Below, in pieces: positions 36,286 to 46,483 of a stretch of DNA of 64,000 bases; the stretch's first letter is position 1, and every line of letters starts with the position of its first letter. The DNA lies in IMG/VR virus record IMGVR_UViG_2728369500_000003, positions 9,917-73,916 of that record; one strand, given 5' to 3'. The notes beneath the pieces are model-generated. The model saw only the letters and a list, made by a program, of their open reading frames with translations, made no database searches and was not told where the DNA came from. The translations under genes and the position numbers were made by a program. Source of the DNA: a virus (Duplodnaviria > Caudoviricetes).

Positions 36286-37191
36286 ATGAATCTTAAAACA
36301 GCTATGGACCACTTTTGGAGTATGAACGAAATCCATTCATTCAATTCGACTGAGATCGCTCTTTATATGTATCTGATACGCATAAACGACCTTTGCTCAT
36401 GGAAAGAATCCTTCAAGCATAACAATAGTAAAATCATAGCAAGCATCAAAGTTACATTCAAAACTTTGGCAAATGCCCGAAATAAATTAAAACAGGCAGG
36501 AATGATAGATTTTGTAACCAAAAACGGAGCTTCTGAAACGCTATACTCCCTAACCTTTGGAAATTTTACAGAGGCTCGGGATGAGGTTCCTACCAAGGTT
36601 AAGGATGAGGTTTATTCCAAGGTTTCGCCGAGGTTTGGTAAGGGTAAAGTATATACTAACTGTATTAATAATAGTAGTATTAATAATAGTAGTATTAATA
36701 AATATATTGTGAAGGGTCAGGAAAAAGAAAAATTTCTTTTTGTTTCGATTAAAAATCTCAACGACTATCTTCAAAATTTTAAGGGCAATAAATCTCACTT
36801 TATTCTGGCCTACAGATTTTGGAAATTATGGATCGAAGAAAACCCTAAAGCTTCGCATCTGCTCAAAGCCGATGTTTATCAGTGGGTAAATACCATGAAA
36901 TTAATTATTGTCAACGACCAAAACGGAGTGGAAAGAATGCTTGCCATCCTGGAACATTTCAAAAGATGCCAGGCGAAGCAATTGGGCTTTAACGATTTTT
37001 GGTTTACCACCATTTCAAGCCTGAAAGCTTTTCGCAAAACAGGCAAAGATGACGTAAAGCAGATTGATAAAATCGCAAAAGAAGTCAATCAGACCGCCGA
37101 AAAACAGCCCGAATTTCATCTGGCTATTGAAACCGCAATTAAAAAATTTAAACAGTATGAAAGCTCTTGTACACCTTCGAAACAGGTTTGA
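36286..37191 (+). CDS. Replication initiator (winged-HTH, lambda O-like)
   Basis: ALYMYL...ARNKLKQAGMIDF wHTH pattern; internal iteron-like repeats. Confidence 0.7.
   Translation: MNLKTAMDHFWSMNEIHSFNSTEIALYMYLIRINDLCSWKESFKHNNSKIIASIKVTFKTLANARNKLKQAGMIDFVTKNGASETLYSLTFGNFTEARDEVPTKVKDEVYSKVSPRFGKGKVYTNCINNSSINNSSINKYIVKGQEKEKFLFVSIKNLNDYLQNFKGNKSHFILAYRFWKLWIEENPKASHLLKADVYQWVNTMKLIIVNDQNGVERMLAILEHFKRCQAKQLGFNDFWFTTISSLKAFRKTGKDDVKQIDKIAKEVNQTAEKQPEFHLAIETAIKKFKQYESSCTPSKQV
36579..36701 (+). repeat. Putative replication origin: iteron-like repeats plus AT-rich tandem repeat
   Basis: GGATGAGGTT at 36579 and 36603 with RAGGTT about every 12 nt; GTATTAATAATAGTA x2.7 at 36662-36701. Confidence 0.55.
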
Positions 37192-37798
37192 TTATGCCAG
37201 TAGAAATTCAGGAACATTGAAGTTAACTCAAACCGACATTGATGCCTTGCAGCAGCTCATTAATGAAGAGAATTCCAAACAGCGAAATACCTCTCTCGAG
37301 GATGCTCTTCTCTTATTTTACCTTCTAAAATGCTATAAAGTTCAGAATGAAAATAATAAAGCCGTTTTGCGGGAAAAACCGTTAGAGGAAATCAATTTTC
37401 CAATGGGAATGCCTGATGCCATGGATATTATGAGAAGAATAACCATGCTCATAGACCCAAAAGAAGAAGTGATACGAAAAATTACAGATGAACTTTGGAT
37501 TTATCAGCAGTATGAACGCATACCGAAAGATCGGGATGTATACCTGAAAGAAATGTATAGAGAACAAAACTGGGAACAAAATGATCATCTATCGACTTTA
37601 AAAGTAACGCCACAAAAAATGGTCCCAATCAAAAAAGAAGAGAGGATCACCTATCAGCAGGTAGAAGAGTTAATCAATAATCTGCTTAAAAAAGCTAAAG
37701 AAGAGTTTCCAAAACTTAAATTATGGAATGAAGGATACAGATTCAAGGAAGTTAAACCTTTGAGTTCTGCCTATCAACAAAGATCGGATAATACGTAA
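37157..37798 (+). CDS. Hypothetical replication-region protein
   Basis: Probable start MKALVH; between the initiator and the ATPase. Confidence 0.55.
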   Translation: MKALVHLRNRFDYASRNSGTLKLTQTDIDALQQLINEENSKQRNTSLEDALLLFYLLKCYKVQNENNKAVLREKPLEEINFPMGMPDAMDIMRRITMLIDPKEEVIRKITDELWIYQQYERIPKDRDVYLKEMYREQNWEQNDHLSTLKVTPQKMVPIKKEERITYQQVEELINNLLKKAKEEFPKLKLWNEGYRFKEVKPLSSAYQQRSDNT

Positions 37799-37808
37799 TT
37801 TTTGAGTA

Positions 37809-38642
37809 ATGATTGAGCCGATTAAACCCATTGCAGCAGGATATGAAGATCCAGTGTTACTCAATATTTCAGATTATTTAATCCGCAGAACGGATCATTA
37901 TCCCAAACCCATTCCCATACTTTGCATTAAGCAGGATGGATATCATATCCCTTTCATGTCTGAAGATAATATCTCCATTCTTTTCGGACCTGCAAAAGCA
38001 AGAAAATCAGGACTTATAAAATCAATGTGTCAGGCTATTTTAAATGGAAGTAATGAAAAAATGTTCTCAACCTATCAAAGCAAAAAAATTGCAGTAATTG
38101 ACACCGAACAATCACAGCATGACAGCCACGATGCAGTAAAAGGAATTTATTATATGACAGGCGCCGATATAGATTATTACAGTGTTTTAACCCTTACCAA
38201 AGACCAAAAAAAACAATTGGTAGAGCAGCATTTGAAACAAAACCCCGATTGCAAAATGCTGATCATTGATAACATTGTACACTTTGTAAAAGACTTTAAT
38301 AACGTTGCGGAAAGTGGGGAAATCACTCAGTGGCTGCTCAAATTAAAATCAGAGTATAAAACACATATTCTTGTGGTCATTCATGAAAACCCATCCGGAA
38401 CTTACAATCAGAGCCTCAAACCCCGCGGAAATCTGGGAACCAATCTTATGAACCTCTGTGAAACAGCCATCAGAATTCAGAAAGATCCCGATGATGAAAC
38501 AAGAAGTATTGTCTCTGCTGCCCTTACCAGAGGAAAAACATTCCGGGACTTTATCCTGATGATGGATGACCAGAAAATCCCCTTCCTCATGGATGATCAT
38601 TCTTTACATGAAAAAAAGACCGCCAAAAAACCCAATTATTAA
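37809..38642 (+). CDS. RecA-like/AAA ATPase (putative helicase)
   Basis: GPAKARKS P-loop variant, IDTEQ, LIIDNI Walker B, RGNLGT. Confidence 0.75.
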   Translation: MIEPIKPIAAGYEDPVLLNISDYLIRRTDHYPKPIPILCIKQDGYHIPFMSEDNISILFGPAKARKSGLIKSMCQAILNGSNEKMFSTYQSKKIAVIDTEQSQHDSHDAVKGIYYMTGADIDYYSVLTLTKDQKKQLVEQHLKQNPDCKMLIIDNIVHFVKDFNNVAESGEITQWLLKLKSEYKTHILVVIHENPSGTYNQSLKPRGNLGTNLMNLCETAIRIQKDPDDETRSIVSAALTRGKTFRDFILMMDDQKIPFLMDDHSLHEKKTAKKPNY

Positions 38643-38679
38643 TGAAACCCATAAAACTGAAAATCGTAGCAATATCAAT

Positions 38680-38955
38680 ATGAAAAGTTTACAATCAAAA
38701 ACCAGAGACGGTACAGAAATAGAGATCATTATATCAGACAATGCCATTAAATCGGGGTTCAGCATTGGGAAGCCGACAGATCTGGAAATGATAGTAACGG
38801 ATAAAAACAACGAGCAGTATCAGGCTGATGTGTTTTTAAAGTCGGGATGGACCCATAAGGAGCTTCAGGAAATCATAACAGAGACCGTCCTAAGTTGCGA
38901 TGCAAAAGTTAAACGGATACGGGCTACAATCAAGGGGCTTGTGTCGATAAATTAA
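38680..38955 (+). CDS. Hypothetical protein
   Basis: Probable start MKSLQS; last gene before the packaging region. Confidence 0.5.
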   Translation: MKSLQSKTRDGTEIEIIISDNAIKSGFSIGKPTDLEMIVTDKNNEQYQADVFLKSGWTHKELQEIITETVLSCDAKVKRIRATIKGLVSIN

Positions 38956-38984
38956 GTAAAAAATAACATACACCCCTGGAATCC

Positions 38985-39180
38985 GAGTAGGTACTTTACG
39001 GAAATCCCCTTCTACGGCGCTACGAGCCCCAAAAAAGCGCTAGTCACAGAATTTTTTCCTGGTTGCCGGTTGCCAGTATGACAGCACAAAAATGCAGCAT
39101 TAATAAGGGGTTTGGAAAGACCAGCCTGGCAACCAGACACCACTTTAGTTGCCACCATGGTTGCCACTTTGGTTGCCACT
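38985..39180. promoter_or_regulatory. Putative cos/packaging site with six GTTGCC boxes
   Basis: GTTGCC at 39062, 39069, 39148, 39160, 39172 and inverted at 39128-39133, directly upstream of terS. Confidence 0.55.
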
Positions 39181-39192
39181 CACTAAAAAATT

Positions 39193-39732
39193 ATGAAAAA
39201 AGAAAAATATTTATCCATAAGAGCATATGCCAAGCGCGTAGGGGTAAGTCATGCTTCGATTCAGAAGGCCATCAAAGCAGGAAAAATTTCTAAAGGCTAT
39301 GATTCAGAAACCAAAACCATCAACCCCGATATTGCAGATCAGGAATACGGTTTTCAGACCGAGATCAAAAAGATCAATGAAAAATTAAAAGAAAATATAT
39401 CCCAGCAGCAATTGGATGCTTACAGCGGTCTCGATGTCGTTGAGATACAAATCTCTCATCAGGACACAGCACCCGAAGCCTTGCGAAAGCAAATCATCAT
39501 TAAAGCGCAGCTCGATCTCTTGAAACTCAAAACAGAAAGCGGGCAGCTCGTAAACAAAGAAGAAGTGTATAAAGAAATTTACGCCTATGGCAAAGAAATT
39601 AGAATGAGTCTGCAAGCTATCCCCGACAGGATCATAGATCAGCTCCTGACCATGGACCGAAACGATGCCCATAAATTATTAACAGAAAGCATCAACGAAT
39701 CTTTAATAAAACTTACAACCTATGCTCATTAA
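39193..39732 (+). CDS. terS: Terminase small subunit (Nu1-like)
   Basis: LSIRAYAKRVGVSHASIQKAIKAG wHTH; overlaps terL. Confidence 0.75.
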   Translation: MKKEKYLSIRAYAKRVGVSHASIQKAIKAGKISKGYDSETKTINPDIADQEYGFQTEIKKINEKLKENISQQQLDAYSGLDVVEIQISHQDTAPEALRKQIIIKAQLDLLKLKTESGQLVNKEEVYKEIYAYGKEIRMSLQAIPDRIIDQLLTMDRNDAHKLLTESINESLIKLTTYAH

Positions 39733-41557
39733 AGGATTTTTAGACGCCTTACAACCAGAACCCATACTATCTGTGAGCCAGTGGGCAGATCAAAACCGAC
39801 TCTTAGACAGTAAAAGTTCAGCAATGCCAGGAAAATACAGAACTTCCATCACTCCGTTTCTCAAAGAGATTATGGATCATCTCGGGGAATATTCTCCTGT
39901 AGAGGAAGTTATTGTCATGAAAGGAGCACAGCTGGGCGTGACCGAGGCTGGAATCAACTGGATAGGCTACACCATTGATGTTTCACCCTGTCCTATGCTT
40001 TTTGTAGAACCCACCAAAGAAGTGGTGGAACTGGTAAGCAAGACCAGAATACAGCCCATGCTCGAAAGCTCGCCCAGCTTGGCACACAAAGTAAAGCCAC
40101 CAAAGTCCAGAGACAGCGGAAATACCCTGACAAAAAAAGAATTCCCAGGTGGGATATTGAGGTTAGCGGGAGCCAACAGCGCCGCAGGGCTCAGAAATAT
40201 GCCCGTCAAAAGACTCATGCTCGATGAGGTAGATGCTTATCCTGTGGATTTGGATACTGAAGGAAATCCCATTGACCTGGCAAAGAAAAGGACTTCCACA
40301 TTTGCCAAAAGAAAAATCTTCATTTTATCCACTCCGGTAACAAAAGGGCTTAGTGTTATTGAGCCCCTGTTTGAGAGTACCGACCAGAGATACTTTTTTC
40401 TCCCATGCCCTCATTGCGGAGCTTTGCAGCATTTGAAATGGGAAAATTTAAAATATCAATACAACAAAAGCTCAAAAGTGGCAAAAGAGGTTTACTACCA
40501 GTGTGAACACTGCCAGGAAGGTATTCAGGAATCCGAAAAAACAAAAATGCTGGAGAGTGGAGTTTGGATACCTACAAAGCCTGAGAATCAAAATAAAAAA
40601 AGAGTAGGCTATCATATCAATTCCCTCTATTCCCCTTTAGGATGGAAAAGCTGGGAGGATTTGGCCATAGAATATGAAGAGGCCATTGGAGATGTCCCGA
40701 AAATGAAAACGTTTTACAACACCTCCTTAGGACTGACCTATGAAGAAAGCGGAGATAAGCCCCAGTGGGAAGCATTGTATGACCGTAGAGAGGATTACCC
40801 AAGAGGAAAAATACCCACTGATGAAATTGCTTTTTTAACAGCCGGGGTAGATATTCAGAAAGACCGTATCGAACTGGAAATAGTAGGCTGGTGTGAGGGG
40901 AAGGTTTCCTACTCCATTGATTATAGAGTGCTAATGGGGTTTGTGGCAGGTGATGGCAGCGCCCAGGTTTGGCAAAAACTCGATGCCGTCCTGAATGAAA
41001 CATGGATAAGACCCGACGGCACACAGATGAGTATCAGAATGATGTGTGTGGACAGTGGAAACTGGTCCAGTGAAGTCTATGCTTTTTGCGGCCGTTATCC
41101 CCCTTCAAGAGTCGTCCCCATCAAAGGACGTGACAATCAGATTACCATTATTTCTGCTCCAAAAGCCGTGAATGTTACCAGAAAAAACAAATCCGTGGAC
41201 GGGGTCAAAGTATGGCATGTCGGAGTTTCATTATTGAAGTCAGAGTTATACGGCTGGTTAAGAGTTAATCCAGGAGATCCAGGGTATTGTCATTTCCCGA
41301 TGTATGATGAGGCCTACTTCAAAGGACTGACCTCTGAAGAACTTATTACAACCAAAAATAAAAATGGACACACGGTACAGAGGTGGGTGAAAAAGTTCAC
41401 CCGAAATGAGCCCCTCGATATCAGGAACTACGCCAGGGCTGCGGCCCATATGGTCGGCATGGACTCCTTTTCACCCAAACATTGGGAACTCATGCGAAAT
41501 AAAAGAACCGGAGCAGTTAAAAATAAAGTAAAGAAGAAATCAGATTTTTGGAATTAA
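39722..41557 (+). CDS. terL: Terminase large subunit (lambda GpA family)
   Basis: MKGAQLGVTE, LMLDEVD, STP, NEPLDIRNYA motifs. Confidence 0.93.
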   Translation: MLIKGFLDALQPEPILSVSQWADQNRLLDSKSSAMPGKYRTSITPFLKEIMDHLGEYSPVEEVIVMKGAQLGVTEAGINWIGYTIDVSPCPMLFVEPTKEVVELVSKTRIQPMLESSPSLAHKVKPPKSRDSGNTLTKKEFPGGILRLAGANSAAGLRNMPVKRLMLDEVDAYPVDLDTEGNPIDLAKKRTSTFAKRKIFILSTPVTKGLSVIEPLFESTDQRYFFLPCPHCGALQHLKWENLKYQYNKSSKVAKEVYYQCEHCQEGIQESEKTKMLESGVWIPTKPENQNKKRVGYHINSLYSPLGWKSWEDLAIEYEEAIGDVPKMKTFYNTSLGLTYEESGDKPQWEALYDRREDYPRGKIPTDEIAFLTAGVDIQKDRIELEIVGWCEGKVSYSIDYRVLMGFVAGDGSAQVWQKLDAVLNETWIRPDGTQMSIRMMCVDSGNWSSEVYAFCGRYPPSRVVPIKGRDNQITIISAPKAVNVTRKNKSVDGVKVWHVGVSLLKSELYGWLRVNPGDPGYCHFPMYDEAYFKGLTSEELITTKNKNGHTVQRWVKKFTRNEPLDIRNYARAAAHMVGMDSFSPKHWELMRNKRTGAVKNKVKKKSDFWN

Positions 41558-41558
41558 T

Positions 41559-41921
41559 ATGGAAAAACACATCACAATACGCATTCAAATGCCGTTAAGC
41601 CTTGCAGAAATGGCCATTCATGCTGCATGTATATACTATCAGACCACCCCAGAAGAATTATTTGGAAAAAGTCCTAATCACGAGCATTCAGAAAGAAAAT
41701 CACTCGTCTATCATTTGTTAAAAACAGAATGCAATATGACAGTCCCGGAAATTGCAAGAATAGCCGGTACCAGCCGACAATATGTGAGCTATATGCTCGA
41801 TCGTGTGGATATCCGCTCAAGATTGTATTTGTCAAATGCTTGCCACTACAAAAATATACACCATATTTTCACAACTTTACAGAAAGAACAAAAAAAATGG
41901 ATGGACCAGAATTCACAATAG
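41559..41921 (+). CDS. HTH protein resembling the DnaA domain IV fold
   Basis: ACIYYQTTPEELFGKS...YHLLKTECNMTVPEIARIAG pattern. Confidence 0.55.
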   Translation: MEKHITIRIQMPLSLAEMAIHAACIYYQTTPEELFGKSPNHEHSERKSLVYHLLKTECNMTVPEIARIAGTSRQYVSYMLDRVDIRSRLYLSNACHYKNIHHIFTTLQKEQKKWMDQNSQ

Positions 41922-42118
41922 AACAGTATTACGCCTTGAATAAGAGTATCGCACAGGGAACCTTAACTGTTACCTATGGTGATAAAACCGTTACCTACCG
42001 CAGCCTTGATGAGATGCTCAGAATCAAAAATCTCATCGCAGCAGAATTGGGGCTTATCAAAAAAGACAATGGCCGAAAAGTAGGAGTCTTTAGTAAAAAC
42101 TGGAAAAAATGTCCTTAG
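41897..42118 (+). CDS. Head-tail joining protein (lambda gpW-like)
   Basis: TVTYGDKTVTYRSLDEM motif; between terL and portal. Confidence 0.8.
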   Translation: MDGPEFTIEQYYALNKSIAQGTLTVTYGDKTVTYRSLDEMLRIKNLIAAELGLIKKDNGRKVGVFSKNWKKCP

Positions 42119-43566
42119 AATTAAATTTACTCGATAAAGTAGTTTCTTATTTCAGTCCGCAGTGGGGACTAAAAAGAATACAGCGGCGTAATGCAATGGA
42201 TATCCTACAAAGAGGGTATGAAGGAGCACGAAAAGACCGCCGTACCAAAGGATGGAATGTGAATGATTTTGAACAGGCCGCAAAACTAGCCGAAATTAAA
42301 ACCCTGAAAAACAGAAGCAGGGACCTCTACCGAAACAACCCCTATTCTTTCCGGGCTCACAATTCCATTGCCAACAATACCACCGGAAGAGGCATTGTTC
42401 CGGCCATTAAAAATGAACTGCTAAAAAAAATCTGGAAGGACTGGGCCCATCAGACCTCAGTGGATTTTGACGCCAATTGTAATTTTTATGGATTACAGAA
42501 CCTTTGCATGAGAACACTCTCTATGCATGGTTCAGTACTCATCTTAAGAATTAAAACCAATAATAAAGAACATATTCCATTAGAACTCAAGGTGGTTTCC
42601 ACTAAATTTTTAGACCTCTCAAAAGATACCATAAAAACTTCCACCGGGTCATATATTTCCGGGGGAATTGAGTTTGCTTCCACCGGAAAAAGGAAAGGAT
42701 ACTGGATTTACGATAAGGATCCGGAGCTGGAATATTCTAAAAGCACATTTTGGAAAGATCAGGATGTGATCCATCTCTTTTTCCAGGACGAACCCGGGCA
42801 GATCCATGGAGTTCCATTTGGTTCTCCCTCCATGATGAGCTTAAGAGATTTTGACGATTATTCGGATGCGCAGCTGGTAAGACAAAAGATCGCCTCCTGC
42901 TTCTCCATATTCATCACCAAGACAGATGCTGAAATGATCGGGGCAGACACCCAGGATTATGAAGAGTTTGACAGGGTGGAACCAGGGCTCATTCAGACCT
43001 TAGAGCCAGGCAAATCGGTCACTTTTGCTTCCCCTCCTCCCGCAGACGGGTATGGCGAATATTCCAAAAACGTCCTTACAGGTATTTCAGCAGGCTACGG
43101 CATGAGCTATGAAGCCATGACAGGAGATTTAAGCCATGTCAATTACTCCAGCGGACGCATGGGGTGGTTAGAATACCAAAGAATGATTGAGACATGGCAG
43201 AATTTTATTCTCATCCCTAAATTATGCGCGAAAGTATGGCTTTGGTTTGTAGAGGCAGGAAATTTATTAGGCATTCTTCCCAAAGACACGCCTAAAACAG
43301 TGGAATGGACCGCCCCGGGTAGAATGATGATTGACCCTGTAAAAGAAGTGAACGGACTTTTAGCACAGGTAAGAGCCGGATTTATGAGCTGGCAGGAAGC
43401 CGTAAGACTTTTAGGCTATGCCCCGGAAGAAATTCTGGAAGAGATGAAAATTTCTAAAGAATTATTTGACAAGGCAGGCCTTCACCCAAAATCAGATCCC
43501 CGATATGATGCGGTAAATCTAAAAAATCAGAGTAATGATACAGGTAACAATAGCACACACCAGTAA
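42109..43566 (+). CDS. Portal protein (lambda family)
   Basis: RSRDLYRNNPY, YEAMTGDLSHVNYSSGRMG, IDPVKE motifs. Confidence 0.93.
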   Translation: MSLELNLLDKVVSYFSPQWGLKRIQRRNAMDILQRGYEGARKDRRTKGWNVNDFEQAAKLAEIKTLKNRSRDLYRNNPYSFRAHNSIANNTTGRGIVPAIKNELLKKIWKDWAHQTSVDFDANCNFYGLQNLCMRTLSMHGSVLILRIKTNNKEHIPLELKVVSTKFLDLSKDTIKTSTGSYISGGIEFASTGKRKGYWIYDKDPELEYSKSTFWKDQDVIHLFFQDEPGQIHGVPFGSPSMMSLRDFDDYSDAQLVRQKIASCFSIFITKTDAEMIGADTQDYEEFDRVEPGLIQTLEPGKSVTFASPPPADGYGEYSKNVLTGISAGYGMSYEAMTGDLSHVNYSSGRMGWLEYQRMIETWQNFILIPKLCAKVWLWFVEAGNLLGILPKDTPKTVEWTAPGRMMIDPVKEVNGLLAQVRAGFMSWQEAVRLLGYAPEEILEEMKISKELFDKAGLHPKSDPRYDAVNLKNQSNDTGNNSTHQ

Positions 43567-44212
43567 TGGCCTCAACTTTTTGCAGAGACAATTAGAGGAC
43601 AGAAATCTTAAGAAAGCCAGCACAAGGGCCCTAAATAAAGCAATTGCAAAAGGTAACACCCATTATAGGCGAATGATTTCTGAATATTATAACATTAAGC
43701 CTATTGATATCAGAAATTCTATTGTGCTGAAAAAAGCAACCTATTCACAGAATGAGGCTTCTATCTCAGGAAATTTCAAACCCTTGAGCTTATCCAGGTT
43801 TGGTCCACAGTTTGTTAATGGCCGAAGTGTTATTTCTATTCGCTCGGTGAGAAATAAAGAAACAGGAAGAAGAACTTTACAGCAAAGAACCCGAAATGCA
43901 AGGAAAAACGAGCAAGCCGGTGGAGGGGTTTCTATTGAGATCAAAAAAGGAAGCAGAAAAGTTATTCCTTATGCTTTCTTAACAAAATCATCGGCAAATA
44001 CCGGAGTTGAAAAACAAATTTTTGCCAGAGGAAAATACGCCGGAGGAAAATTCGAGAAAGCAAAAGAAAGATTCCCCATTACCGCCATGAAAACCACTTC
44101 TGTTTTTGGGATTTTGACTAATGACCCTATTCAAAGAAAAATAGAAACAGAATCTAAAGAAACTCTGCAAAGAGAGTTTGAAAGACAAATTTATTTATTA
44201 ATAAGAAGATAA
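43535..44212 (+). CDS. Minor tail/neck protein (GpZ-like)
   Basis: Basic protein, RALNKA motif, follows the portal. Confidence 0.55.
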   Translation: MIQVTIAHTSNGLNFLQRQLEDRNLKKASTRALNKAIAKGNTHYRRMISEYYNIKPIDIRNSIVLKKATYSQNEASISGNFKPLSLSRFGPQFVNGRSVISIRSVRNKETGRRTLQQRTRNARKNEQAGGGVSIEIKKGSRKVIPYAFLTKSSANTGVEKQIFARGKYAGGKFEKAKERFPITAMKTTSVFGILTNDPIQRKIETESKETLQREFERQIYLLIRR

Positions 44213-44308
44213 CGTTTCGCTGTTTTGCAAAGTGGCGGATTGTATGCACAACTGTTGATACGAAGCAGTTCGCATTCATACACCTCACATTGGCGAGGCA
44301 TTATAGGC
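44208..44308 (-). repeat. attC-like ~100-bp repeat whose GTT core coincides with the phage junction
   Basis: Minus: GCCTATAAT ... CCGCCACTTTGCAAAA-cagcgaaac-GTTATC; homology with copy A ends at the shared AAC (335/44213). Confidence 0.55.
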
Positions 44309-44339
44309 AGGCTACCTGTCAGCGTACTATTGACCGACC

Positions 44340-45311
44340 TTAACCAATAAACAACTGATTTGAGAAAAGAGAGTGAGGTGCGGATACTAAATTAATATCA
44401 AACTTTAAAGATGGCTCAATCCGAGAACTTGCATTATGAATACGGAAAGAAATTTGCCAACCTTCACTTAACGTTACTAAAATAGTTGTCTTTGAATTAT
44501 CTTGGTAAACTACTTCAATCAAACGGTTTGGTAGTTTCAGACGCTGAATTTTTGCTTTTGGTTTTACGCTTTCAAAAGGTAAATTCAATGTTCCGTGTAA
44601 ATTATAGGCTTGAATTTCGACCTTGTTTTTACCTTTTATGACTTTGTAAAAATCTTGATTACCAATCAAATACTTAATTAAATTTTCGGCTACAATTCCA
44701 GGGTTTTCGTTATCCAAACGCAATAATTCTTTCTTAAAAGCATCCAAAACAGGAACATAAACGGATGTATGATAATCGCCTAAGGTATCCCATTTTTGGG
44801 TTGCTTTGCTTGCTGTTCTCAGCTTTGCCAAATTATCGAAAACAGGTTTGACTTCTTGGAAATATTCAGCAGAACAAGGAAAGCCTAACCACTTTTGACC
44901 AAAATCAATATCGTTTGACAAACGAGAATGTTTTACGGCTCTATGATTGTTTTTTGCCGAAACTCCTATTTCCCATTTTTGCAATGAGCGAATAGCCAAA
45001 ACATCGCGAACATCACCGGTTTGACCAGCTTTGTCGGCTACAATCTCGAGTTGTAGAATATCTTCATCACTAATTCCGTTTGATAAACGTGGCTCAATAT
45101 CAAGTAAAAAATTTACCGCAAAACTTGCCACTAATTTGTAATGACTTTGTTCCTTTTCGTCAAAGCTTGTAAAACATTTCAAAGCAGTTTTGTAAGGTTC
45201 ATTTTCAACAAATGAAACAGAAGTTAGCACTCTTAAACGTTCTAAAAACTCGATTAGCAAAGCATATTCAAATGCTTTTCCGTTTATGGTTTGGGTTGCA
45301 ATTTTTGACAT
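44340..45311 (-). CDS. haeIIIR: HaeIII-family type II restriction endonuclease
   Basis: NGKAFEY, GDVRDVL, GVSAKNNHRAVKHSRLS motifs; TAATG overlap with the C5 MTase. Confidence 0.8.
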   Translation of the reverse strand: MSKIATQTINGKAFEYALLIEFLERLRVLTSVSFVENEPYKTALKCFTSFDEKEQSHYKLVASFAVNFLLDIEPRLSNGISDEDILQLEIVADKAGQTGDVRDVLAIRSLQKWEIGVSAKNNHRAVKHSRLSNDIDFGQKWLGFPCSAEYFQEVKPVFDNLAKLRTASKATQKWDTLGDYHTSVYVPVLDAFKKELLRLDNENPGIVAENLIKYLIGNQDFYKVIKGKNKVEIQAYNLHGTLNLPFESVKPKAKIQRLKLPNRLIEVVYQDNSKTTILVTLSEGWQISFRIHNASSRIEPSLKFDINLVSAPHSLFSNQLFIG

Positions 45312-46402
45312 TATACTGTTACTCGGTTTACAATTTCATTCAGTTTTTCAATTACAACATTTCCATTGTATTCAGTAGAAATAGGTTTTTGAACAACTTT
45401 ATTAATAACGTTCAAATGATCTAAATCAGCATAAATCTTTTCTGCCAAAATCACACCCATTCTAACAGGAACAGCATTTCCAATCATTTTGTAACCAGCG
45501 GATACACTGCTATATTCAAATGAAAAAGTATCCGGAAAAGTTTGAATTCTTGCACATTCCCGAACACTTAATCTTCGATATAAATGTTCTTGACCTTTCA
45601 CAAATTCACGCAAATTTTGTTCAATAAGTTTCATTTTTGGAGCTTGTGGGTGGATTGGTGCATGACGACCACCAGCTTGGATTGTAAATGACACTTCATC
45701 CCAAGAGCGAACCCTATTTCTTGACATAAACATCGACGAAAAACCACCAATCATATATTCATGGTTTGATACTTTGCAGTCTTTTCCATTGGTATAGTTC
45801 CCTTCTTTTGCAGGTAAGGCAGTATCTTTTAAATCACTAATTGCTTTTTCAAGAGTAATTTTGTTTTCTAACGTTGTGGGTCTTGGAAAGGTGAATTTAA
45901 TTCCCAAATCTTTACGATAACCTATAAAAAAAACACGTTTCCTATCTTGTGGAACGCCATAATCTGAGACATTCAATAACTGAAATGACAAGTCGTAGCC
46001 TATATCAGTAAACATCTGTTTTATGTTTGCTAACGCTTCTTTATGAGCAGGCAACAACATTCCAGACACATTTTCAGCCAAGAAAAATTTAGGTTTCTTA
46101 TCTGCTAAAATTCGCATAAATTCATAAAAAAGCTGACCTCTTTTATCTGCAATTCCTCGCTTTGAACCAGCCTCCGACCAGCTTTGACAAGGAGGTCCGC
46201 CAATAATTCCATCACAATCAGGAACTTCATTTGATGGAATATCGACAATACTTCTTCTATCTAAAATTGTGTTTTTATGGTTCTTTTCATAGGTTGCCCA
46301 AATTTCTTTATCATATTCATTTGCCCAAACGACATCAAAACCAGCTTTCTCAAACCCTAAATCAAGACCACCTGCACCTGCAAAAAACGATACGACTTTC
46401 AT
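45311..46402 (-). CDS. haeIIIM: C5-cytosine DNA methyltransferase, M.HaeIII-like (likely GGCC)
   Basis: FAGAGG, GGPPCQSWS, ENV, QDRKRVF, YKMIGNAVP; ANEYDK..W.TYEKNH and LSVRECARIQ segments as recalled for M.HaeIII. Confidence 0.88.
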   Translation of the reverse strand: MKVVSFFAGAGGLDLGFEKAGFDVVWANEYDKEIWATYEKNHKNTILDRRSIVDIPSNEVPDCDGIIGGPPCQSWSEAGSKRGIADKRGQLFYEFMRILADKKPKFFLAENVSGMLLPAHKEALANIKQMFTDIGYDLSFQLLNVSDYGVPQDRKRVFFIGYRKDLGIKFTFPRPTTLENKITLEKAISDLKDTALPAKEGNYTNGKDCKVSNHEYMIGGFSSMFMSRNRVRSWDEVSFTIQAGGRHAPIHPQAPKMKLIEQNLREFVKGQEHLYRRLSVRECARIQTFPDTFSFEYSSVSAGYKMIGNAVPVRMGVILAEKIYADLDHLNVINKVVQKPISTEYNGNVVIEKLNEIVNRVTV

Positions 46403-46483
46403 ACCTTGGAAATTTAATTATTCAACAACAAACTTACTAATTTAAAAACATTTCGCCCAAATTATGAGCGGGAAAATTGACCA

